Shown piece after piece: positions 40,707-51,235 of a stretch of 64,000 bases of DNA (positions are counted from its first letter, which is position 1; the number at the start of each line of letters is the position of its first letter). The notes under the pieces are model-generated. The model ran no database searches, was not told the DNA's origin, and saw only the letters and a list, made by a program, of their open reading frames with translations. A program made the translations under genes and the position numbers. The stretch is from an uncultured Methylomirabilota bacterium (lineage in GTDB: Bacteria > Methylomirabilota > Methylomirabilia > Methylomirabilales > 2-02-FULL-66-22). The stretch spans positions 3,264,001 through 3,328,000 of the forward strand of contig OY970067.1 of the NCBI GenBank assembly GCA_963705305.1, given 5' to 3'.

Positions 40707-41732
40707 ATGCGCATCGGCTGTGACATTGGCCGGTCGGGGATCAAGGCGAGCACCCTGACCGAACGGTTGCTGGGCTTGCCGGTCATCGTCGAACTGTCCG
40801 GCGATCAGGAGTTGCGCGGCCGCGGCACTGCCGACCGAATCTCTCGGAGCAACGGGACACTCCACCTGGAAGCCTGGCGGATCGGGTACGACGGGCGGGA
40901 GTGGCTCGTCGGGGAGCGGGTCGAGGCCCTGGGGCTTCCCGGGCGGTACGCCATGACGGTGAGTAAAGCGGACGCGTTCACGCGTCTCATGATCCTCGCC
41001 GCTGTGACGGCCCTCTGCGAGGCCACCGCCGTCGAGGTCTGCATCGGGCTGCCGCACCACCAGTTCGACGAGGAAGGGCAAGTAATGCGCGAACTCCTCC
41101 GTGGGGAACACACGGTGCGGGTGCAGGGAAAGGAGCGCCCGGTGAGGCTCCTGGGGGTCGTGGTCCCCGAGGGGATCGGGATCTGGGTCCGCTCCCTCTT
41201 TCGTGAGGGAGCCACCGAGCCCGACCGCCGCCTGATCCCGCAGATGACCGTTGTCTTGGACTTCGGGCACCGGACCATCCAGTGCTGCATTCTCACCTCA
41301 CTCCGGGTGGTGCGGAATCCTTACGTGTCGGCCCACGGCGCCTACGAGGTCTGGGAGGGTGCCCTAATGAAGCTCCTGGAGGGGCGGGGCGGCACCGTCT
41401 ATGAGTCCCCCCAGCGCGCCGCGATGATGACCAGACTCCTGCGGGACGGCGTGCTCGCCGTGCGCGACCGGCGGATCACCCTGGAGGGGGTGCAGCCCCT
41501 CTTGACTGGCGAGGCCGAGCGGATCTGGCCCCGCGTGAAGGAGGAGATTAGCCGCGTCCTGGAGGGTGTTCCCTTTGAGCGCGTGGTCGCGGGCGGCGGC
41601 GGGGTGCACGTCTATGGGCCGTTCCTCCGGGAGTTCTTTCAAGACAACCTCGTCATCCTGGAGGATCGCTTCGCCCAAGCCGAAGGCTGCCGCCTCTTCC
41701 TCGAACACTACCAGACCCTGAAGGCCGCCTGA
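40707..41732 (+). CDS. parM: ParM/StbA-family actin-like ATPase
   Basis: GCDIGRSGIK, IGLP, VVPEG, VLDFGHRT, VAGGG, AQAEG. Confidence 0.85.
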   Translation: MRIGCDIGRSGIKASTLTERLLGLPVIVELSGDQELRGRGTADRISRSNGTLHLEAWRIGYDGREWLVGERVEALGLPGRYAMTVSKADAFTRLMILAAVTALCEATAVEVCIGLPHHQFDEEGQVMRELLRGEHTVRVQGKERPVRLLGVVVPEGIGIWVRSLFREGATEPDRRLIPQMTVVLDFGHRTIQCCILTSLRVVRNPYVSAHGAYEVWEGALMKLLEGRGGTVYESPQRAAMMTRLLRDGVLAVRDRRITLEGVQPLLTGEAERIWPRVKEEISRVLEGVPFERVVAGGGGVHVYGPFLREFFQDNLVILEDRFAQAEGCRLFLEHYQTLKAA

Positions 41733-42262
41733 TGCCTCGACCTGCCTACCGCCGGGGCCGCGGCCTGCGCCAACATTCCTTCCGGGTGTCCGACGAGGTC
41801 ATCGCCTTGCTCCGGGCCGAGGCGGAGCGCCGCCACGTGTGGGTGAGTGCGCTCGTCGAGCACCTCGTCCTCCAGGCACTCAAGCCGGCGGCGGGCGGGG
41901 CCGTTCGCATCACCGTCGAAGCCGCCGGGTCGGGGAATCCATCCCCCGTGCGGCACTGGTGCCGCATCGCGATCGAGGCCCCCGTGTGGGAGGGGTTGCT
42001 GCGCGAGGCGAGCCGGCGTGGGATGTCCATTCCCCAACTGATCCAGCAGCACCTTGGGGTGGTCGGAAGCGCGGAATCTCCGGTCTCCGACCGGGCCCCG
42101 ACGGCGGGAATCCGCTCGGTCGGGCCGAGCATCTCTCGGGCTTCGGGGGCGCGCGTGGCTAAGGATCCATCGCGGGTGGAGCGCGGGCAACCACGCGCGG
42201 AGTCTATCTCTGCGGACACCGAGCTGCCCATGAAACCGCTACCGATATTCGAGCTGACATAA
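41732..42262 (+). CDS. ParR-like protein with two RHH-like units
   Basis: HSFRVSDEVIALLRAEAERR and CRIAIEAPVWEGLLREASRR; TGATG overlap with parM. Confidence 0.6.
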   Translation: MPRPAYRRGRGLRQHSFRVSDEVIALLRAEAERRHVWVSALVEHLVLQALKPAAGGAVRITVEAAGSGNPSPVRHWCRIAIEAPVWEGLLREASRRGMSIPQLIQQHLGVVGSAESPVSDRAPTAGIRSVGPSISRASGARVAKDPSRVERGQPRAESISADTELPMKPLPIFELT

Positions 42263-42293
42263 CCCCTGTGGGACCATTGAGGGAGCTCCTCCG

Positions 42294-44888
42294 GTGTCCT
42301 TCGCACCCCTTGCTCATGGCTCGACGCTGGTCGTTGGCGACTCGCCGCGGCTCCTCCTGGTTGGCTCCGATGTGGGGTCGATCGTGGCGCTTCAGCGGGA
42401 CCTCACGGAGGGCGGCTACGACGTCGTACACGTCCAATCCTACGAGTCCGGTCTCGCCCTGTTGAGTGCCGATGTGCCGGTGGACGCGGTCGTGCTGGAC
42501 ATCGCTGCGGCCTCGGACCGGGACCTGGACGTATGCCGGCGGTACCGGTTGTGGAACCTGTTCCCGGGGGTTGCGACAATCGGCCTCCTAGAGGCTGAGC
42601 GCACTCCGATCCAGGGTCTTGACGACTGGGTTGACGCCGTCCTCTGCAAGCCGTGGTCGCGAGACATCTTGCTGGTGCGGGTCCGCGACGCGGTGACGGC
42701 GGTGGGTGCCCGAGACCGGGTGGTGCTTCAGCGGCAGCGCTCGCAGGAGGCCTTGATGCGTCGCACCCGGGGGCTCGAAGCGGTCCGACTGCTCACGGCG
42801 CACCTCGTCCGCGTCCTCGATGTCCCGCGCCTTCTCGAGCTCATTGTCCGGGGGGCCCGGGACCTGATGGATGCCGCCGGCGCCGTACTCTGGACCGTCG
42901 ATCCGCTGGGGCGACGGCTGGCTCCGGTGCAGTGGAGTGGCGTGGCCATGGCCGATGCGGAGCGTGTGGGCGTCGAGATCGTTGGGGGGGAGACGGACAT
43001 CCGAAGCGCTGGCATGCACGAGGCGCTCGGCACTCTCGCTCGACGGGCGGACCTCGTCGAACCGCTGATCTGTCGGGGCAAGGTGCTGGGCGCCATCACC
43101 CTGACCGGGCTGGCGCGGACCCCGGGTGGGCAGCCAGTCGATGATCGCGACATCTTGGTCATGTTTGGCATGTCCGCCGCGATTGCCCTTGGGAACGCGC
43201 GGCTGCACGCAGAGGTCGTTCGGCGGAGCGAGGAGCTGGAGGCGCTCCTCTCGGCGTTACAGGTGATCACGTCTGGGGAGCACCTGCAGGACGTCCTCAA
43301 CCGCCTGGTGGGGGTCACGGCGAAGCTCAGCCGGTGCCCCAATGTCTCGGTCGCCTTGCTGGACCAGGCCACGGGACAGCTCCGGATCATGGCCCGCCAG
43401 GGGCTCGCCAGCGTCCAGCTCCACGACCTCGTTCCCGTCGCCGACAGCTTGGCGGGCGTCGCCTTTCGCACGGGGGAGCCCCTGTTCTCGGGGGACTGCC
43501 AGGCGGATGCCCGCAACGGCGCGCGCACGCCGGATGCGGCGCTCGGTCTCGCCAGCGTCCTCTGTCTCCCGATTCGCACCGCGAAGGGGATCCTGGGCGT
43601 CCTCACGCTCTGCTCCACCACCCCGCACGACGACCAACTCGAGAAACAGGACTGTCTGAAGATGTTGGCGGCCCATGTGGCGGTCGCCGTGGAGCAGAGC
43701 CGGATGAACGAAGAGTTGAGTGCCCATATCGCGCTACGCGAACGAGCGCAGAAGGAGCTGGTCCGGGCCGAGAAGCTCCGCGCCCTCGGGGAGCTTTCGG
43801 CGGGGGTGGCCCATGAGCTGAACAATCTCCTGGCCATTGTCACAGCCCGCGCCCAGGTGATCCTCAACCGTGGGACGGGCGAGACGACCCGGGAGGCAGC
43901 CCGCGTCCTCTTCCAGGCTGCCACCGACGCGAGGGACGTGGTTCGACGGGTCCAGAGTTTCGCCCGCCGGGAAGCGCCCGTGCGGTTGGCCCGCTGTAAC
44001 CTTCCCCAGTTGATCCTGGAGACCCTGGAGCTCACCCGTGACCGCTGGAAGGACGGACCTGCCAAGCAGGGACGCCCCATCCAGGTGGTCCGGAAAATCG
44101 GGGTCTTGCCGCCGGTGCTTGGGACGCAACCGGAGGTCCGGGAAGCCATCACGAACCTGATTCTGAACGCCGTGGATGCGATGCCCCAGGGGGGTACGCT
44201 CAGCTTCGTCGGGGCGCCCGTGACCGACCCGGTGGGTCGGCACTGGGTCGAGCTCCGGGTTAGCGATACGGGACGGGGCATCCCGGCGAGCTTGCAGGAC
44301 AAGATCTTTGACCCGTTCTTTACGACCAAGGGGGTCGAGGGCATGGGGCTCGGCCTCTCGGTCGTCTACGGGATCATGCAGCGGTGTGGCGGGAGCATCG
44401 GCGTGGAGAGCACGGATGGGAAGGGCACCACCTTTCTCCTCCAGTTCGTGGCCGATGCCCGCGCTCCCGCGAGCGAACCGGCCATGGAGAATCGCCCGGT
44501 GACCCCGTGCCAGATCCTGATAGTCGATGACGACCGGAGTTCGCGCCGCCTGCTGCGGACCCTGCTGCAATCCGTCGGGCACACCGTGGTGGAGGCGGAC
44601 ATCGTCGATGCGGCGCTGGCGCTCCTGCCGACTCGGCCCGTCGATCTCATCTGCACCGACATCCGCATGCCGGGGAAGGGCGGCTTTTTCCTGGCGGACC
44701 AGCTGCGGGAGACGGGCACGCCGGTGATCGTCGTCACCGGGTTCGACGACGAGGCGGCCACGGCCCGGACCCGCCCCGGCGTAGTCGCCGTGCTGCAAAA
44801 GCCGATCGACGTGACCACCCTCATCAAGACCGTTGCTGACGTGATGGGAGGTCCGAGTCAGCGGACTGCCTCCGAACCCTCGCGGTAA
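42294..44888 (+). CDS. Hybrid sensor histidine kinase (REC-like, GAF x2, HisKA, HATPase, REC)
   Basis: AGVAHELNN, TNLILNAVDAM, DTGRG, FDPFFTTK, GMGLGL, CTDIRMP. Confidence 0.92.
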   Translation: MSFAPLAHGSTLVVGDSPRLLLVGSDVGSIVALQRDLTEGGYDVVHVQSYESGLALLSADVPVDAVVLDIAAASDRDLDVCRRYRLWNLFPGVATIGLLEAERTPIQGLDDWVDAVLCKPWSRDILLVRVRDAVTAVGARDRVVLQRQRSQEALMRRTRGLEAVRLLTAHLVRVLDVPRLLELIVRGARDLMDAAGAVLWTVDPLGRRLAPVQWSGVAMADAERVGVEIVGGETDIRSAGMHEALGTLARRADLVEPLICRGKVLGAITLTGLARTPGGQPVDDRDILVMFGMSAAIALGNARLHAEVVRRSEELEALLSALQVITSGEHLQDVLNRLVGVTAKLSRCPNVSVALLDQATGQLRIMARQGLASVQLHDLVPVADSLAGVAFRTGEPLFSGDCQADARNGARTPDAALGLASVLCLPIRTAKGILGVLTLCSTTPHDDQLEKQDCLKMLAAHVAVAVEQSRMNEELSAHIALRERAQKELVRAEKLRALGELSAGVAHELNNLLAIVTARAQVILNRGTGETTREAARVLFQAATDARDVVRRVQSFARREAPVRLARCNLPQLILETLELTRDRWKDGPAKQGRPIQVVRKIGVLPPVLGTQPEVREAITNLILNAVDAMPQGGTLSFVGAPVTDPVGRHWVELRVSDTGRGIPASLQDKIFDPFFTTKGVEGMGLGLSVVYGIMQRCGGSIGVESTDGKGTTFLLQFVADARAPASEPAMENRPVTPCQILIVDDDRSSRRLLRTLLQSVGHTVVEADIVDAALALLPTRPVDLICTDIRMPGKGGFFLADQLRETGTPVIVVTGFDDEAATARTRPGVVAVLQKPIDVTTLIKTVADVMGGPSQRTASEPSR

Positions 44889-44902
44889 AGGAGAGGAACC
44901 GC

Positions 44903-47900
44903 ATGGAGCGAGCGATCTGGTTGGATGGTCCGAACCCCCCGCTCTTTGCGACCGCACCCTATCCGCTCTGGGTGTACGACCCCCTGACGCTCCGCGTGCT
45001 CGCGGTGAACCAGGCGGGTTGCGCGCAATACGGCTGCCCGGCGGACGAAGTGGTCCGCCTCACGGCGGCGGACTTGGCCGCCGAAGAGGACCGGGCCGAC
45101 TTCGTGCGCTGGGTCGGGACCGAGGCCGCCTCCGACGGTCTCTTCTGGGGGCCGCGGCGCGTGCGCCACCAGCGCAAGGACGGGACCGTTTTTCCCGCCC
45201 AGATCCTGTGCGTGGGCTTCCCTTGGGACGGCGGGGCTGCGCGGCTCATGCTGGTTCTCGACGTGTCTGCGGAGGTTACCGCCGCTGAGGCGGCGGCCCG
45301 CCACGTCCAATCCCTGGAGGCGCTGCGGGCCATCTCAGGCGAGCTGGCCACCGATGTGGACGTACCCGTGCTCTTGCAGCGTGTGGTCGAGCGGGCCGTG
45401 GCCCTCCTGCAAGCGAATCATGGCGCCCTCTGGATGTGGGACGAACCGATCGGGCGGCTCCATCCGCGCGCCTGGGTCGGGTTCGACGACTGGATCCGGA
45501 CGCTCGCGAAGCGGCCGGGCGAGGGGATGGCCGGCCTCACCGCGATCGAGCGGAAGGGGCACCTCATCTCCGACTACCCCGCGCACCCCGCGGCCTGCCA
45601 GGAGCTCCTCAAGCGGGTCCCCATCCGGACGGCGGTCGGACAACCTCTCATGTTCCAGGGGCGTTTTCTGGGCGCCATCGTCCTGAGCCGGTCCGGGGCT
45701 CAACCCGCCTTCGCGGAATCGGACCTGGCCACGCTGGACCTCTTCGCGGCCGCTGCCGCCTGTGCGATCGAGAAGGCCACGCTCCACGGCCAGGTCGTCG
45801 CACGCGGTGTCGCCCTGGAAGGGCTGCTCCGGGCGGCCGCCACCATCCTGCAGGGCCAGTTGAACCTACCGGAGACCTTGGGGCGGGTGGTGGCTGAAGC
45901 CGCGAAGGTCTCGGGTGCCGAGCTCGTCCGCATCCTCCTCCTGGACCGCGCCGCTGGGGCCCTCCGCATGGCGGCGCAGCAGGGGTGGCCGGCCGACGCT
46001 GTCCCGGACGTCCCCCTGGCCTCGCTCTCGGGGGTGACCCTCCAGACCGGTGAGCTGATCTACACCGCCGATGCGCCTGCCGATCCCCGGAACCCGACGC
46101 CCGACTATGCCCGAGCCATCGGCGTGCTGACCCACCTCAGCGTGCCCATCCACGATGGGGAACGCGTGATCGGGTGTCTCACGATTAACTCACGGGAAGC
46201 GCGGGACTTCACCCCCGAGACTCTCGCGTGTGTGCAGGGGTTCGCGCACTTTAGCAGCGTCGCGATCAGCCTGGCCAGCCAGTTTGAGCGGGAGCAGGCG
46301 CGCCGCGATCATCTGGAAGCCCTCCAGGATGTCATCCAGGATCTCGGGCGACACGTGGACATCCCCCGCATGCTGGAATCCGTCATCGACCGGATGCTCC
46401 GGGTGGCTCGGGCCGATGTCGGTGTGGTTTTCACCTGGGACGCCGCAGCTGGGGCGTTGGTGCCACGCGCCTGGCGAGGGACGGGCGCCTGGATGGCGAC
46501 GCACTGCCACAAGAGTGGGGAGGGAGTAGCGGGGAAGGTTGCCGAGTCTGCCCAAGGGATCATCGTGAACGACTTCCGGACCTCCCCCTGGGCGCTGCCC
46601 ACGGAACTGGCGGAGACGCAGATTGAGGCCCTCCTGGCCGAGCCCCTGGTCTACCAGGATCGGCCCCTGGGTGTTCTGGTGATCGGCCGGGAAGAGGACG
46701 ACAGGCCCTTCCGCGATCGGGAGCAGGACACCGTGCGGCTGTTCGCGACCCAGATCGGCCTGGCTCTTGAAAAGGCGCGGCTCGTAGAGGAACTGGAGGC
46801 TGAGCTGCATGACCGGCAGGAGGCCGAGACGAAGTTCCTGCGGCGCAACCGGCAAGTCGAGGTGATTCGAGAAATCGGCGACGAGGTCGGACGCGAGATC
46901 GACATGAACGCGCTCATGAGCCTCCTTACCACCCGGGTGATGGCCCTTCTGGATGCGGGGGGCAGCGCCCTCTACATTTGGGAGGAAGAGGAGCAGGCGC
47001 TCGTGGCCCGAGCGGCCCAGGGGCTCCTCCGAGACGCCCTGCTGGATCCCCGGCGGATTGGCGAGGGCCTCGTCGGGGCTGTGGGTGAGCAGCGGCAGGG
47101 CCTCGTCGCCAATGACTATCCCCGGTCGCACTACATGCTGCCGACGGGGCCGGAGTCGGCACGTGTTGAGGCGGCCATGGCCGAGCCGTTGCTCTTCCGC
47201 GCGCGGCTCTTCGGCGTGGTCCAGGTCGTTCGGGAGGCGGACGGCGGCCCCTTCGATGCGGAAGACCGTGACACGCTCCATCTCTTCGCCAAGCAGGCGG
47301 CACTCGCCTTGGAGCACGCGCGCCTCCGGACCGAGCTTACCGAGAGCCTCGGGCGCCTCCAGGTCCTCCAGGAAGAGGTCCTGCGTGTCGGGAAACTCCA
47401 GACGCTCGGGCAGGTGACCAGCGGCATCGTGTTCAACCTCAACAACACCCTGGCTACGATCATTGGCCAGGTCGAGCAGCTGGGTCTCAAGGTGCCGGAT
47501 CCTCGGCTGCAAGAGAGCCTGGCCATCATGGCCGAGGCGGCTCAGCATGCCGTGTCCGTCGTCCGGCGTCTGGAGGGCTTCGCCACCGACAAGCCCGGCG
47601 GCGACCTGGTCTCCTGCGACCTCGCGGGCATCCTAATGGAGGCCGCGAGCCTCACCCAACCCTGCTGGAAGGATGAGGCGGAATTAGAAGGGCGGAGCAT
47701 TCAAATGGACCTGCAGATCCCGGAGGTCCCGGCGGTGCTCGCTCGCCCTGGAGATCTGCGCGAGATCTTCGCCAAACTCATCTTGCGGTGCCTGGGCAGC
47801 ATGCCGAACGGTGGGACGATCACCATCTCGGCCCAGTTCGAGCCGTCCTTCGGCGACGACCCCAGCGGGTCCGTGGTGGTCACGGTCCGCGATACGGGGT

Positions 47901-48511
47901 TCGGCATGCCGGAGTATGTGCGCGCACACCTCTTTGATCCCATCGTCATGGATCCGTCCCTGCGCAGCCGTCAGGTCAGCCTGGGCTCCGTGCGGGCAAT
48001 GATCGAGGCGATGGGTGGCCGGATCGGCGTCACCTCGGTTCCGAGCGAAGGGACCACGTTCACCCTCCGGCTCAAGACCACAGAGACGACGCTGGCTGCC
48101 AAGGTCGAGGCCGCGCCAGTTCCCCTGGTGACGGGGCGCCGGATCCTCCTCGTCGATGACAATGTTGGCCTGCTCAAGACCCTCCAGGTCATGCTCGAGG
48201 AGGCGGGCCAGATCGTCCACACGGCTGACAGCGGTCGGAAGGCCCTACAGATGCTCGAGGAGAACCCGGTCGACCTGGTCATCACCGACCTCGGCATGCC
48301 GCAGATGAATGGCTGGGAACTGGCGGAGGCGATCAAAGCGAAGGCCCCTTGGACCCCCGTGGCCATCCTCACCGGCTGGGGGGAGCAGGGCGTCCAGGCC
48401 GAGACCCGGCGCCAGGTATTCGTCGATCGCTGCCTCTTCAAGCCGATCCAACTCTCGGTGCTGATGGAAACGATCGCCACCTTGATAGAGCCAGCGCGCA
48501 TGCCGGCCTAG
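44903..48511 (+). CDS. PAS-GAF x4 hybrid kinase-like protein with degenerate catalytic core and intact REC
   Basis: H-box SGIVFNLNN lacks His; N and G2 boxes degenerate; REC VDDN..ITDLGMP..FKP. Confidence 0.9.
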   Translation: MERAIWLDGPNPPLFATAPYPLWVYDPLTLRVLAVNQAGCAQYGCPADEVVRLTAADLAAEEDRADFVRWVGTEAASDGLFWGPRRVRHQRKDGTVFPAQILCVGFPWDGGAARLMLVLDVSAEVTAAEAAARHVQSLEALRAISGELATDVDVPVLLQRVVERAVALLQANHGALWMWDEPIGRLHPRAWVGFDDWIRTLAKRPGEGMAGLTAIERKGHLISDYPAHPAACQELLKRVPIRTAVGQPLMFQGRFLGAIVLSRSGAQPAFAESDLATLDLFAAAAACAIEKATLHGQVVARGVALEGLLRAAATILQGQLNLPETLGRVVAEAAKVSGAELVRILLLDRAAGALRMAAQQGWPADAVPDVPLASLSGVTLQTGELIYTADAPADPRNPTPDYARAIGVLTHLSVPIHDGERVIGCLTINSREARDFTPETLACVQGFAHFSSVAISLASQFEREQARRDHLEALQDVIQDLGRHVDIPRMLESVIDRMLRVARADVGVVFTWDAAAGALVPRAWRGTGAWMATHCHKSGEGVAGKVAESAQGIIVNDFRTSPWALPTELAETQIEALLAEPLVYQDRPLGVLVIGREEDDRPFRDREQDTVRLFATQIGLALEKARLVEELEAELHDRQEAETKFLRRNRQVEVIREIGDEVGREIDMNALMSLLTTRVMALLDAGGSALYIWEEEEQALVARAAQGLLRDALLDPRRIGEGLVGAVGEQRQGLVANDYPRSHYMLPTGPESARVEAAMAEPLLFRARLFGVVQVVREADGGPFDAEDRDTLHLFAKQAALALEHARLRTELTESLGRLQVLQEEVLRVGKLQTLGQVTSGIVFNLNNTLATIIGQVEQLGLKVPDPRLQESLAIMAEAAQHAVSVVRRLEGFATDKPGGDLVSCDLAGILMEAASLTQPCWKDEAELEGRSIQMDLQIPEVPAVLARPGDLREIFAKLILRCLGSMPNGGTITISAQFEPSFGDDPSGSVVVTVRDTGFGMPEYVRAHLFDPIVMDPSLRSRQVSLGSVRAMIEAMGGRIGVTSVPSEGTTFTLRLKTTETTLAAKVEAAPVPLVTGRRILLVDDNVGLLKTLQVMLEEAGQIVHTADSGRKALQMLEENPVDLVITDLGMPQMNGWELAEAIKAKAPWTPVAILTGWGEQGVQAETRRQVFVDRCLFKPIQLSVLMETIATLIEPARMPA

Positions 48512-48786
48512 GCTGTAGACAGAAGCGGGGACGCACGGCACCACGGCCCTCGGGAGACATCCGGGGGCCGCAGTGTTCTTCGGGGGACCTAGAGAGAGCA
48601 GCGTGGACGGGGAAGGAAGGGGATCCGTCCCTTCCTTCTCGAGTGCCGTGCTTGCGGTCCGGTCTCTTCGCGCAGGTTCTCGGGCAGGACTCGGAGGCCG
48701 GAGGTGCCGGGCTGGATCCAGAGGACATTTGAGGCACTGGTAAAGCGGTATCGGATGGTGCGAATGTCAGGTGCTGTTGGAACCGC

Positions 48787-49596
48787 TCAGGCGGGATCAG
48801 TCTGGCTGAGCGGAGAAGTCGCCGCACCCTTGCGGACGAGCGAAAGGGCAGTCTGGACCGCATGGAGGACCGTCCTGGGCGATGCGGTTTTCTGGAGGGC
48901 CAAGAGAGCGCCCGCCTGGAAAGCCCGGGGATTGAGGTCAGGAGTGTTCAGTCGGGTCAGGATAACGATGGGAATGTGGGCGATGGTCGGTGTGCCCTTG
49001 AAGCGCATACAAATAGTGAATCCGTCCAGTCCGGGGAGAACGAGGTCGAGCAGGACGAGGTGGGGCTGGTGGGTCTCGGCAGCGCGGAGTCCGCTCGACC
49101 CGTCGCCGGCGAGGAGGACGGTATAGCCGGCACCCTCGAGGATGTCCTTGATGAGGGTGCGGAAGAGCGCATCGCCGTCAATACAGAGGATCCGAATGCC
49201 GTGCGTCTTCGTGTCCGTCCGAGACTGGGTATCCGGTGGAAGGGCGCTCTCGACGGGAAAGCCGCAGGCGGCGGAGCGGGAAATGGCGGAGGGGCTGGCC
49301 GTAGGGACAAAGGTCTGCTGGAGGGCTCGGCAGTGGGGGCAGGAGTGGTGTTGAGGTGTGGCCGTGGTGCTCTCCTCTATGTCCAGGACCATCTCCACCT
49401 CGCGAAGTGTCATCCAGCCTCTATCGATGAGGATGGTTCTCAGCAGCCGACGCAGCTTCTCTGCGAGATCGTCTTCCAGCTGCTCGGCCATGGCCTCCCG
49501 GATCTGGTCCACGGTGACGAATCCCATTTCGATCGCGAGCATCCCAAACCGCGGGCAGAACGTCTGTGGGGTCGCGCTATTTTCGCTGGTGCCCAT
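48787..49596 (-). CDS. Response regulator with N-terminal MshEN-like repeats
   Basis: RFGMLAIEMGFVT..EQ; CPHC; REC VLLDLVLPGLDG. Confidence 0.75.
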   Translation of the reverse strand: MGTSENSATPQTFCPRFGMLAIEMGFVTVDQIREAMAEQLEDDLAEKLRRLLRTILIDRGWMTLREVEMVLDIEESTTATPQHHSCPHCRALQQTFVPTASPSAISRSAACGFPVESALPPDTQSRTDTKTHGIRILCIDGDALFRTLIKDILEGAGYTVLLAGDGSSGLRAAETHQPHLVLLDLVLPGLDGFTICMRFKGTPTIAHIPIVILTRLNTPDLNPRAFQAGALLALQKTASPRTVLHAVQTALSLVRKGAATSPLSQTDPA

Positions 49597-50297
49597 TATG
49601 TGTTCCTTTGCCGATCCGGACAGCACATGTCGCGCCCGCGGAACGTCTCGGCGACCGGGCGGCATCGCCTATGGGGATCGGCAGATCTAAGGCAATGCAG
49701 TGAAGAGCCCGAAGGTGGTCATCTTCTTCGGGCTGCGAGCGGAGAGCGTCCGCGAGGCGGGATAGCGGCTCGATGAAGCGACGCCTTAGAGTGGGAGCAT
49801 GCAAATGAGTGCATTTCCCGGTGAGGAGGGAGGGAGCGGAATCAAACATGGGCGGTGCTACGGTGGGCATAAGGCCGCTCGGACAACGGAGTGAACCCCG
49901 CATTGGTGCTGAGTCGCATGAGTGCCCCCATTGACGCTCTTGGAGCAAACCTGACGTCGGGGAGTCGTGGCAACACGTTCGGAGTTGAATGCCGGCTTGC
50001 CGAAACGGGCGATGGCCTACTTGAGGATGCTGCCGCTGCGGAGTGTTGTGGGCGCGAGGCATCGCTCCTATGTAAGAGTCCAAGCCCCCACGGATCCGTT
50101 CGCTCAGAGGCTCTTGTCTCCGATCAGACAGTCAGGATGGTGCGGGACGCCGACGTCGAAAGGCTGGCCCCGCCTCCTCATTCGATCCAACGATAGAGGG
50201 AATGGCTGGCCGCGTCCGTTGAATCAGAAGGGGTTCATTCCCCGCGGCTTGCCGCGAGGCAGTTGATCACAGCCGCTTGTGTCCCCAGAGCGAGGGC

Positions 50298-50618
50298 TCA
50301 GGAGTAGGCCGCCCGCAAGAGCCGGACCGCACGGCGGAGGGTCTCAGCATCCAACCGCCTCAACAGCTCGGTTGCCGCCTTCTTCATGCCGGCGGCTGTC
50401 ATCCCTTCCAGATCAAAGTCAAAAAGCTCGACCGGTTGTACGCCTAGCTCCCTGGCCAGCCGAAGCAGGGTATCGAGGGTGGGGTTCTCCCGTCCCCGCT
50501 CAATCCCGCTGATGTACTTGGGGTTGAGCCCGGCTCGCTCGGCCAAGTCCTCCTGCGTCAAGGTCGCCCGTCTCCGGAGGGCCTTGAGTCGCCGCCCCAG
50601 TACCCGCTTGGCATCCAT
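50298..50618 (-). CDS. XRE-family HTH regulator
   Basis: LTQEDLAERAGLNPKYISGIERGRENPTL; RBS GGAGG. Confidence 0.92.
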   Translation of the reverse strand: MDAKRVLGRRLKALRRRATLTQEDLAERAGLNPKYISGIERGRENPTLDTLLRLARELGVQPVELFDFDLEGMTAAGMKKAATELLRRLDAETLRRAVRLLRAAYS

Positions 50619-51194
50619 GGCCACCTCCCGGCTTGGGCGGCATGATGGCCCACAGGAGTGGCAGTTTACACTACCCCTTACACTGAATGATGTTGAGAAA
50701 TTCAGTCTAGTGGACTCCAGAGTAGCAGCGAGTTAGTGGTGAGGGCCATGGTTGCACGGTCTTGCCCGAGAGTGGTGAGCATGCACGCTCAAGGATTCAG
50801 AGACGAGGTACGGATGTTCTTTGGAAGGAATACTCTCGTCGTGGGGGAGGACCCTCGCTTCGCCGAGACGGAACAGCGACCCTTATTCTGTGGAGGAGCA
50901 CCTAATGGGCGAGCCCAGCGTCCCTCACCCTAGGCCCTGACTATAAACCCTTCTGGGTACGGTTTTACTTGGAAAGACAGCGGAACAAGAGTAAACCAAA
51001 GATCTGGCAGGAGGTCGTAGTACCCGAAACGCCACTGGGATCTTCGATGGCAGCAGTGTCGTGGGTGAAGCGGTAGCAGAATGTCTCTCTGACGTACCCA
51101 CCTTTGTTCGCTTACTTCGTTTAATTCGTAGGCTCACCTTGCGAACCATCGGATAACTGAACGCCTGCCGGAATCCCGCAGGGCAACTTGCGAA

Positions 51195-51218
51195 GGCGAG
51201 GAGGAGGGGAGTCGAACC
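51195..51218 (-). other. tRNA 3'-end-like fragment
   Basis: GGTTCGACTCCCCTCCTCCTCGCC (T-loop to acceptor strand); no 5' half adjacent. Confidence 0.5.
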
Positions 51219-51235
51219 GGATAACAAAAAAGATG

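Noticed and set aside
49680..51190. Riboswitch or large ncRNA in the intergenic regions flanking the XRE gene
   Set aside because: Several stems can be drawn but no recognisable family motif and no second copy for covariation
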